A stretch of DNA of 64,000 bases from Octopus bimaculoides (taxonomy: Eukaryota). The notes below the pieces were generated by a model, which saw nothing but the letters and a program-made list of their open reading frames with translations, did no database searches and had not been told where the DNA came from. Both the position numbers and the translations under genes were made by a program. The stretch's first letter is position 1; the number at the start of each line of letters is the position of its first letter. Below, piece by piece: positions 54,341 through 64,000 of this stretch. The stretch is from the NCBI RefSeq assembly GCF_001194135.2, contig NC_068992.1, positions 44,554,971 through 44,618,970 on the forward strand, in the 5' to 3' direction.

Positions 54341-54508
54341 TTTCCATTATACGCACAATGCCTAAAATTTTGGGGAGGATGCTACTCGATTACATCGACC
54401 CACTGCTAACTGCTACAATTTCTGTGGCATCTGAGTTCAAAACATAAATAACTCAGATGCCGCTAAGCATTTCGTCCAGCGCGCTAACGATTCTCCCAGC
54501 TCACCGCT

Positions 54509-54510
<2 letters not shown>
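54341..54510 (-). mobile_element. SINE family A, internally rearranged
   Basis: cacaatgcctaaaattttggggagg...tcgattacatcgaccc...gccgctaagcatttcgtccagcgcgctaacgattctcccagctcaccgc; head abuts (AAT)n. Confidence 0.75.
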
Positions 54511-54550
<40 letters not shown>

Positions 54551-56009
54551 TTGAATACGTCAAGACAAGTAGAAATCTTTGAATCAATTGAAATAACAAC
54601 CAAGGAAGAAGAAGAAGAAGAAAAAGGAGAAGGAAAAAAAAGAAGTGGCGCATAAAATTATGTAATCTAAATCAATCAATGATTGGTACTTGCTGCCAAT
54701 ACATAATAATAACAACAATAATAATAAAGTAAATGATAATAATAATCGAAAACTAGCCACTCAACCTAAGCATGGCAACTGTTTTAGCTTAATGGATTGG
54801 GACATTGGCTGTTAGGCGCACGAATTTATCTAACCTGGGGAAATATATGAACTAGCTTTTACTGACTTCTGTGGTAATTCTTTTCCTCTGTAATTCTATA
54901 TGAAACTGTCGTTGGTATTCATTGATATATCACATCAACAGTGATACTATAAGAAACTATGAAATTAATGTTTCTTTTCATAGGTACAATACTTCGTAAG
55001 AGATTCTATATAAAATGCTTAAATTGTGACTAATTGAGCAACATACTATCACTGATTGGACAAACTGTGACTGTTTTCTGTATGTTGGGAGTAGCAGATA
55101 AACGAATATATAGTTACATATGTAGCTTTATGACCGAAGTGAGTAATAATGCTTGTTGCTTATGAAACGCTCTACATTAATCTATTGAAATTCTATATCC
55201 AACTAGATGGATGTTGCTTTCCACATGCAGATTTTTAAACTATAAAAAAAGAAATATAATAATAGCAATGCCGAAAAATGAAGACGTGTCTCAAACATGC
55301 CTGTACGGTGTTAACTAATGGAAAGGACTTTTAGCTAGTTGTAATGATCGATGTTCTAATGAGTTCTGTGTTCTGAAGCATTTTTAATAAGATATGTTCA
55401 TTAATGATAATCACAAATAAGGAAATCAAATTTAATAAAACTACATCTGTACTTACTCTATTAAAGTGAATTAGATTTTCGATTTATGTACATATCATAA
55501 GATTTTCAAAATTGACTTTTGTATGAGTGAAGCCATTATCTTCTTCATACAGGATATTACCATATAGGTTTTAAAATACAATTTCCTTGGAAGAATTCGA
55601 AATGTTACTAAGTCGACATAGAGTTGATATCAATTTCTGATTTATTTAGCAACATAAATTTCCAGCGGATTATATGTAACGTCTAAAATAGCCAGACATT
55701 TTGAGGAGAGTCATTGAATGTCACTTGTTAGCTTATTAACCTAGAAGTAAATAGAAGTGAGGAAAATCATTATGAGAGAAAAGAAACAACGTAGAAGATA
55801 GAGAAAACAAAAGAAAGCATTTAGTTTCCTCTGCTTCAAAATTATTTTGCTTTGAGCTTTGGTGAAAAATGTCAGATAACTCGAAACACTTATAATAGTG
55901 AGGATAGTGTAGGAGGTGTATGCAAGTTATAGAACCGACATATTTTATAGGCATTCTCATCTGGCATACATATACAAACGCACACATGACTGGCTTTATA
56001 TATACATAT

Positions 56010-56761
56010 NNNNNNNNNNNNNNNNNNNNNNNNNNNNNNNNNNNNNNNNNNNNNNNNNNNNNNNNNNNNNNNNNNNNNNNNNNNNNNNNNNNNNNNNNNN
56101 NNNNNNNNNNNNNNNNNNNNNNNNNNNNNNNNNNNNNNNNNNNNNNNNNNNNNNNNNNNNNNNNNNNNNNNNNNNNNNNNNNNNNNNNNNNNNNNNNNNN
56201 NNNNNNNNNNNNNNNNNNNNNNNNNNNNNNNNNNNNNNNNNNNNNNNNNNNNNNNNNNNNNNNNNNNNNNNNNNNNNNNNNNNNNNNNNNNNNNNNNNNN
56301 NNNNNNNNNNNNNNNNNNNNNNNNNNNNNNNNNNNNNNNNNNNNNNNNNNNNNNNNNNNNNNNNNNNNNNNNNNNNNNNNNNNNNNNNNNNNNNNNNNNN
56401 NNNNNNNNNNNNNNNNNNNNNNNNNNNNNNNNNNNNNNNNNNNNNNNNNNNNNNNNNNNNNNNNNNNNNNNNNNNNNNNNNNNNNNNNNNNNNNNNNNNN
56501 NNNNNNNNNNNNNNNNNNNNNNNNNNNNNNNNNNNNNNNNNNNNNNNNNNNNNNNNNNNNNNNNNNNNNNNNNNNNNNNNNNNNNNNNNNNNNNNNNNNN
56601 NNNNNNNNNNNNNNNNNNNNNNNNNNNNNNNNNNNNNNNNNNNNNNNNNNNNNNNNNNNNNNNNNNNNNNNNNNNNNNNNNNNNNNNNNNNNNNNNNNNN
56701 NNNNNNNNNNNNNNNNNNNNNNNNNNNNNNNNNNNNNNNNNNNNNNNNNNNNNNNNNNNNN
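56010..56761. other. assembly gap (N run)
   Basis: N run flanked by AT repeats. Confidence 1.
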
Positions 56762-57086
56762 TATATATATATATATATGAATATATATATATATATACAC
56801 ACACACATACGCGTGTGCATGTATGGACATACATATCTACGCATATACACACATCTACATGCACATATATATGTAGGAATATTCATATGTATGATTGAAA
56901 CATATGTTCACCGAAGGCTGTGCACGGAGAAGTGAGGTTAATAACATTGTCAAGTCGAAAGTATTTCAATATTAGTAAGAAAAATCTCTGCTTAGTGATG
57001 TTAATACAAAGGTTAGTATTTAGATAAATCGAGAGTGACATATTTTTTCTCAATTTGCCTTGTCTTTTACAGTCATGCTTTTAGAA

Positions 57087-57088
57087 AT

Positions 57089-57160
<72 letters not shown>
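57087..57160. repeat. (CTA)n microsatellite
   Basis: Direct tandem repeat. Confidence 0.96.
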
Positions 57161-57163
<3 letters not shown>

Positions 57164-57558
57164 TACTCCAGCCTCCTTGTAAATATTTTTGCACGCGCAT
57201 ATATACCTATATACAAGCATACACATGAAAAGGCAAAATACTCACACGTAGACTCGCATGCAAGCACTAAAATAGAAATGCATATACACACATTTGCATA
57301 TATCTAAATATGTATAGTATATATATGTAGTGTGTGTGTGTGTGTATACTTGCACGTGTGTGTGTGTGTGCTTGTGCGCTTGTTTGCATACAGAAATGTG
57401 TGTAAATATCTATACTGAATATACTGTTAAAATCACGTCCAAGAATAAATATTTACTCTGCCAAAATATATTCATATATTGCATCATTCATACACATTTG
57501 CACACATAAATTAACATTTGTGTGCGAAAGTGACTCCGCGAAATACACTATGCACTGG

Positions 57559-57589
<31 letters not shown>

Positions 57590-57698
57590 CATACATACAT
57601 ACATACATTTGCTGTGAAATAAATGTAATTATATCACAGGAGAGACCATTGTCGGTAGATTCATCGTAATACTTTTTTTATCTATACAGTAAATACAG

Positions 57699-57830
57699 TG
57701 TCTTCAGTGCAAGAGGGTCTATCAATCTCGTATCGTTCTTGTCAACCACGTCCGCTCTATGAATGTGCTGAAAGATGATGAGTATCCTGGATCGATGCTG
57801 CCATCACCTTTGATGGGCCGTCATAAGCAA
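57699..57830 (+). mobile_element. probable RTE-LINE 3' end (terminal C2H2-like finger)
   Basis: CLQCKRVYQSRIVLVNHVRS resembles the CxxCxRxFxSRIGLxSHxRxH terminus of RTE-clade ORFs; final His missing. Confidence 0.45.
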
Positions 57831-58571
57831 GCAATAACATTCCACCCCAAAAAAGCAACAGCAACAAGAACAAAACAAAAACTAAAGCGCAAAAAATATG
57901 AAGAAAGAAAGGGAAAGGCAAAAATGCATCGGTAAACATTACTAAAAGTCATTTTTTGACGTAAATTAAATACATTCTATTTCATTAACAGTGGGAAAGA
58001 AATTGACAGAACCGTTTTAGAAATTGACAGAAATAACCGTTTTACGAAAGGAATATTCCAGAAACGAAATAACAACCAAGCAGTGTATCGATGACGTAGA
58101 TATTGCAAACAGAAAATGTAAAGGTAGTACATTAAGAATTAAGCGCATAGACATTGTATATCGAAATCACGAAATACTAGAATTATAAAAGAAACATTTC
58201 TCATAATTTGTCTTTTTTGAAAATTTCTTTTTCCCACCAATTTAAAAGAATATCACTATTCTAAAATATTTTCTTTCGATTCTATGTTAAAGTGAGTTTC
58301 ACGTGGGTTCTTGAGTGTATTTCATATGAATAATTTTTTTAGTCTTCAATTGTGAGTTTGAAAATTCATTTTCGAAATAATCAGCTCATATGAAACAATA
58401 TTTAACGCTGAAGATATCCTGTTAATAAAAAATATAATCGTGAATTCCACGCCGAAGTATTCGTCATGGATGAATTTCAGGCTCTGAAATTACATCACAA
58501 TGAAATTACCAGGCGATAAAATACTAATTTTATAATTCGGTAACTTCATTATAATGTAGTTTCAGTCGATT

Positions 58572-59097
58572 TACGAGGGTCAGCTGAAAAGTCCATAGGC
58601 TGACCAGGATAATCTCATGAAATGTGACCAAATGAAGTTTAATTTTCAACATAGCATTTCTTAGGGTCTACACACGCCTTCCATCAGTGTTGCAGCACTT
58701 GGGTCCCATTACTGAAGTAGCTTTCAACCCGTTCAAAGCCACAGTTACCGAGGAGTTGTGTGCTGGAACATCGTTCTGATGAAACAATACCCCTTTCGTA
58801 AGTTTTCTGGGTTTTTGGTCGTAATTGCTTCAGCAAGTTGAGTTGGCATAGTCTCTCCATTGATGGTGTGATCATTTTGAAGATAGCCAATAAACACAAT
58901 GCCTTTTACATCCCAAAACAGCTAAGACCATCAACTTCCTGTTTGACATTTTCTGTAGAACCGTTTCTAGCATTTTGCCGTCTATTTCATATCGTTTCGG
59001 CTGCACATGCAGGTTGTAGTGCTGCAGTTCTTTTAGTCACACAGCTTCTTTGTTTAACTCATCATGCAGTTCCCATACAGATCTTCAGTAGCCCCTA
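58572..59097 (-). mobile_element. internally deleted mariner element
   Basis: Left end TACGAGGGtcagctgaaaag, degenerate right end cttcagtagccccta; internal FWDVKGIVFIGYLQNDHTINGE then frameshift GVLFHQNDVPAHNS, matching mariner FWDxxG and LFHQDNAPAH. Confidence 0.85.
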
Positions 59098-59099
59098 AC

Positions 59100-60240
59100 C
59101 TGATGTTTTGTGGGCTGTATTTTACAGTGATCGAGCCGTTCGCATTGAAGCTGCAATAAACTGACATGGGACCTCTGGCAAGTAATCCATTGAGATTTTG
59201 CCGTTTATATGCTCTAGATATATATTTTAGATTTTCAGCTAGTAGCTGTGAGTTGTTTCAGCTAGTGCAGTTTGTAGTTTAGGTTTTTGAATCCAGTATA
59301 ACCAAATTACCTCTCTAGTTTTTTTTCTGAGATCTTGATATCGTGTGAAAATTTTGTCTGTGTTATATTTCATAACTGCAACGATCTGTGAGGTACTGTT
59401 TCGCAGGAATAAAATTATATTTTTAAAATTAAGTGGCCATGCTGGTTCAGGCTTTCTGTTTGATTCACGATTGCGTGGCTTCAGCTTTTTATGATAGGCT
59501 AGTAATGCAGTATCTGAAATTTGTACCAAAAGGTTAATGATTTCGTAGGTTGTTTTCATACCTCTAGACTGTGCGACAGTTAGACATTTTTTGCCATTTC
59601 GTTTACAGCCTCTAATTCTAATTTACTGGCTTCTTTACTTATACTGGTGTTGTATGATCTGCAATTCAACTTAAGGTTGTGGACCTGTTGAAACATACCA
59701 TCGTAGATCACTTATAACGCGTCCACAAGCTTTTGGTGTTTTTCTGTTTGTACAGTATAAGTATAGATTTAAGCTAAATTGTTGGTGTGTTGTTTATTGC
59801 TATATCAAGTTAACTGTTCTGTCTGTCCATCAGTGAAAAGTGGGCTGATCATCTTCAATGGCTGGTTTTATAGTGCCAGCCTGTTTTGAACCAGACATTT
59901 CCATTAAATGCATCAATTTACGCCTAATGATGCGTTTTCTTGTTCATTTACATGTTTTGGGGAAAAATCTAACTCTGCGTGTTTATAGTTCCACAAAGTT
60001 TTTAGCCTTTGTATAAAACCGAACATTTGGGGATCAGATTGTACATATGCTTCAAATAATTCTTTAAGATAGGAGGTCCATTGTATAGATTGGTTGTAGT
60101 CACGATTTGGTTGAAGGGGACTTGTACGTTTGGTCATTAGGATTTTTCTATTCACTGACATTTCTATTTGTTGTAAAAATAGACAATGAACTTTTTCAAA
60201 AGTTTCAACGAAGTTTGTCAGAATTAAAATATTCACAGTT
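59100..60240 (-). mobile_element. decayed R4/Dong-like non-LTR retrotransposon, N-terminal region
   Basis: QWTSYLKELFEAYVQSDPQMFGFIQRLKTLWNYKH (WT...YxxSxPxxxGxxxRxxxxW) and YEIINLLV...KPEPAW...IIxFLRNSTSQI...IFTRYQ resemble R4-clade N-terminal domains; many stops and frameshifts. Confidence 0.65.
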
Positions 60241-60967
60241 TAGGTAATGTTTCTCTTCAGGTTGTTTTTAAATCTACACTTGTATTTAAACGTACATAGT
60301 GAGCAGAATTTTTTGTTTTTTCGTGAATTGCTTTGAAACATTACTTGGCTTATTTCTTTATGTGTCTAACGTCACAGCGCTATGACTATACAGATATGTT
60401 AAGAGCAATGTATCGTTTATATAGGTATGCTACAATATATATGTAAAACACTTACATAGAAATATTCGTTTGTAATATTACCGCATTCTGTCGCTCAACT
60501 TTTCCAATATTTGGTATGTCGCTTTATATTAGCAGTAATTGGACGTATCTGAGTATCAGACTGACCCTAAAGGTAGCCATAATTTATGTATGTATAGATG
60601 TGGCAAAAGCCATTATAAACATTACCAGAATTAAGATCTCGATGACGGATAGCAACACAATATCGATGTATGGTATAGTATATACAACAAAATTACCATA
60701 AACTAAGAAATAAAGAACTCCCTAAACAAGCTTAACTTTTCAAGAAGTACAATTTCAATGCTCTTGGCGGCCTCCTATTAGAAAATTTCTTTATTAGGCT
60801 GCTTTTTAGAATTGTTATTGTTAATAACATATACATATTTTTCTTTAAAACCCCACTGTCCTCCGTCATTGAAATGTCAAAAATCTACAATTCTAACTAA
60901 GAGAGGTAAACGTCACCGAAAATTTTTTAATAAACCGAAGACTCAGGTGATAATTCAAAGGGATAAA

Positions 60968-61187
60968 GTATTCTTTTCTACTCTAGGCACAAGGCCTGAC
61001 ATTTTGGGGGAGGGGGGGCAATCGATTAGATCGACCCCAGTACGCAACTGGTACTGAATTTATCGAGCCGAAAGGATGAAAGGCAAAGTCAACCTCGGCG
61101 GAATTTGAACTCAGAACGTAAAGACAGACGAAATACCGCTAAGCATTTCGCCCGGTATGCTTACGTTCCTGCCAGCTCGCTGCCTTG
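60968..61187 (-). mobile_element. full-length young SINE family A with 10-bp target-site duplication
   Basis: Complete head (ggcagcgagctggcagg, gagttcaaattcc) to tail; flanked by direct aagggataaa at 60958-60967 and 61188-61197. Confidence 0.92.
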
Positions 61188-61419
61188 AAGGGATAAAATA
61201 TTAAATAAACAATACTCAAATACGTCATTTGTACGTATAGATACAACTCAGTTCATGTTTCGCATTTATGAAACTTCCTCAGCTAAATAATTTTTCGCGT
61301 GTTTATTAGATCGACACACACACACACACACACATACTTGCAGATACACAGACACGTACACACATGCATACAGTCATATACAAATACACAATTCTCTCTA
61401 TGTTTATTTTCTCTTATTC

Positions 61420-61540
61420 CTTTCTGTTCAAGAGCATAGGCTCGAAACGTAAAAGACTTTCCTACTTTCTCGAGCATCAAACTAATATAGCTGCTTGTTG
61501 TTTATACATCTGTCTTCATCTTTTGTTTTTCTGTAAATTT
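61420..61540 (+). mobile_element. Penelope-like terminal repeat fragment
   Basis: gagcataggctcgaaacgtaaaagac resembles the gctcgaaacgt motif at Penelope-type termini. Confidence 0.4.
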
Positions 61541-61859
61541 CAACTATATATACGCGAGTGTGTGTGTGTGTGTGTGTTCAAAGAGTCTAGAAATGCTGGT
61601 TTGACAAAGCTAAAAGAAAAAAAAAACAGAAAAAAAAACAAGTGAGATTGATGAGAATAATTGCGAAACGTCTTCATTGATCTTCTCTATTGTTTTATTG
61701 ATATTCCGTATTGTCATATACTACCCCTAGACGAATATCGAGCAGGTAATTTAGCATTAATTACTTTAAAATCTCATCAGATATTTCTGGTTTTGTTTGC
61801 TAAATATAGGAATGTGTTGGTGTTTTGAGGTTGCTAAAAGTCCAATAATGTCAGAGGCG

Positions 61860-62388
61860 ATGAAAAAATAGAGATAATGGGAGAAAAAAAGTGAGATAGA
61901 TTGAAAGTGACAGAAAGAGAAATGGTATGAAGGGATAGAGAGGGAGAGGAGAGGGGAGAGGGAGAAGAGGAACTAGAAAAACAGACAGAAGAGGGGAAGA
62001 GGCGAGATAGACAGACAGAAAAGGAAAGAAAGACGGAGACAGGTAAAGAGGTTGAGAGTAAAATACAGGCAAGCAGAAAGAGAAAGAAAGAGGGAGAGAG
62101 GGAGAGAGAGAGAGGGAGAGAGAGAGAGAGAAAGAGAGAGAGATAGACAGACAGAAAGAGAAAGAAAGAGAAAGAAACAGGCAGTAAGAGAGAGTGAGGG
62201 AGAAGGAGAAAAAGGAAGAGACAGACGGACAGAAAAGGAGGGGAAAAGAGAGAAAAAGAAGAGAGATAGAGAGATGAAGAGATAAACAGGTAGAAAGAGA
62301 AAAAGAGGAAGAGAGAGAAAAGAGGAAGAGATAGACCGATAGAAGATGAGCGCAAAAAGATGTAGAGACACAAAAAGGGAGAAAAGAG

Positions 62389-62422
<34 letters not shown>

Positions 62423-62473
62423 CAGATAGATAGATAGATGGATAGATAGATAGATAGAGAGATAGAGAGATAA

Positions 62474-62505
<32 letters not shown>

Positions 62506-62510
62506 GTAGG

Positions 62511-62558
<48 letters not shown>

Positions 62559-62720
62559 CAGAGAGGGAAGGATAGAGATGGGGACTGAAAGATAAAGCAG
62601 ATAGATAGAGAGAGGGAGAGAGGGGTAGAAAAAGACAAAACAAATAGACAGAAAGAGAAAGAGAGTGAGAAAGAATGATATACAAACAGAAAGAGAAAGA
62701 AAGAAATTGAAAAAACAAAA
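61860..62720. repeat. long polypurine (GA-rich) tract including (GATA)n
   Basis: About 860 bp mostly A/G on the plus strand; source of the 221-319 aa S/L/F ORF artefacts. Confidence 0.95.
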
Positions 62721-63483
62721 CAGAGAGAGTGTTTCGAACAGTTCAGTTGATTGTAACATATACTTTAAACACAGAAAGGTCGATACTAAACCACTGTTAC
62801 TACTATCCAATTTTTTTTTGTCTCTGTCAGTGAGATGTTTTGTGGTTGAACAAATAAAGTGCTTATGAGTTCAAATCTATTGCACGTAATTTACTGAGCT
62901 CCATTAATTCTGCATTTTTACAGTTCACTGAAGGGGACTAAGTAGACAGTAATGTTCTGATAGCGGATTATATCATATTCGTTAAATCACATTCTCCACG
63001 CAGTAGAATAGGTCTGAAATGGAAACAAATAAAATAGTCGGTTGTTGCTCTGTTCATCTCTTCCTCAAGAACATTATTTTGGCAAAACAAGTGAAATGAT
63101 ATCGAGGCAGCAAGGAGTTTATTTTTCATAGCAATTTTTCAAGCTGTGACTGGAGAAGAGGTGTCTGTTGGAGAGTCTGTTCAAAAAGAGATGCAAACAT
63201 GTTGCACGAGTGCTGTGCGTGCAAGAAACCCTGTGAATAGGCTATAAAAGAAGAAGAAGAAAAAAAGAAAAAGGTACCAGCGATAGATCGGGGCTTGTGG
63301 GGTCGGAGCGTAGCTTGATCATCGCTACATTTGTGTTGTTTCTGTATTGTTAATTTCATTCAATTTTTAATATTTAATATAATTTTTATATCCATAGTCT
63401 ATGTAAAATCATGACGTATTACTGATTCCAATGAGTTCTTTTGTCCATTTCTGTGTTTGGTCCCCTGTAGGCAATAAAAAAAA

Positions 63484-63654
63484 TGGTATTTCGTCTGTCT
63501 TTACGTTCTGAGTTCAAGTTCCGCCAAGGTCGACTTTGCATTTCACACTTTCGGGGTCGATAAATTAAGTACCAGTTGCGTACTGAGGTCGATCTAATCG
63601 ACTGGCACCCTCCCTCAAAATCCAGGGCCTTGTGCCTAGAGCAGAAAAGAATAT
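63484..63654 (+). mobile_element. SINE family A, 5'-truncated
   Basis: ggtatttcgtctgtctttacgttctgagttcaag...gggccttgtgcctagagcagaaaagaatat; close to the reverse complement of 60968-61187. Confidence 0.92.
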
Positions 63655-64000
63655 ACGAAATCATTAACATTAAAAGTCCACCTAATCAGATTTGTATCAA
63701 TCGTTCTGATGTTCGTAATGTTATTATTTACGGAGAGCCATTGTTTTTGCACTTGTTAATAATGTCATGATAGTCGAAGTCATGCAAGCATGTTCTTTAA
63801 TTACAAGAATTTAGCAACCATAAATTATTGCTGAGAGATGACAGTTATTAATGTTTTTAATTGTATTTGTTCAGCTAATGAGTTGACAGAAGTGAATCAT
63901 GGATAATATTGATCATAGATTTGTGAGCAAAACAAAAAATAAAATAAAATAAAAGACAAAAAAAAAAATCAAAACATTCTATAATATACACGCTTTCACA

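Noticed and set aside
55736-56935. ORFs of 286-364 aa (and similar ones at 518-891, 12092-13003, 48244-48770, 51440-51796)
   Set aside because: They read through N gaps and microsatellites.
61834-62810. Longest ORFs (221-319 aa, S/L/F/Y-rich)
   Set aside because: Translations of the complement of a purine/(GATA)n tract; stop-free by composition.

Overview
AT-rich, repeat-dense animal DNA with five assembly gaps, most abutting (AT)n or (CA)n. The SINE-like families match those I recognise from Octopus (inference from memory, not a database hit). I find no intact, recognisable protein-coding gene; almost all ORF-track entries are microsatellite or N-gap artefacts. The window holds many copies of three tRNA-type SINE families, decayed LINE pieces (R4/Dong-like, Tx1/L1-like, two CR1/Jockey-like RT fragments, a probable RTE 3' end), decayed DNA transposons (mariner, a CxxH hAT-like transposase), a Helentron-like 3' end and many microsatellites. 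Most notable: a near-identical inverted repeat pair enclosing about 2.6 kb (45573-48805), a 28S rRNA-derived segment inside the Helentron-like element (14240-14296), a stop-depleted LRR-like frame (31057-31830), SINE stacking at (ATT)n tracts, a Tx1 element possibly split by an inversion, and local duplications. I cannot support a complete novel system; these are leads only.
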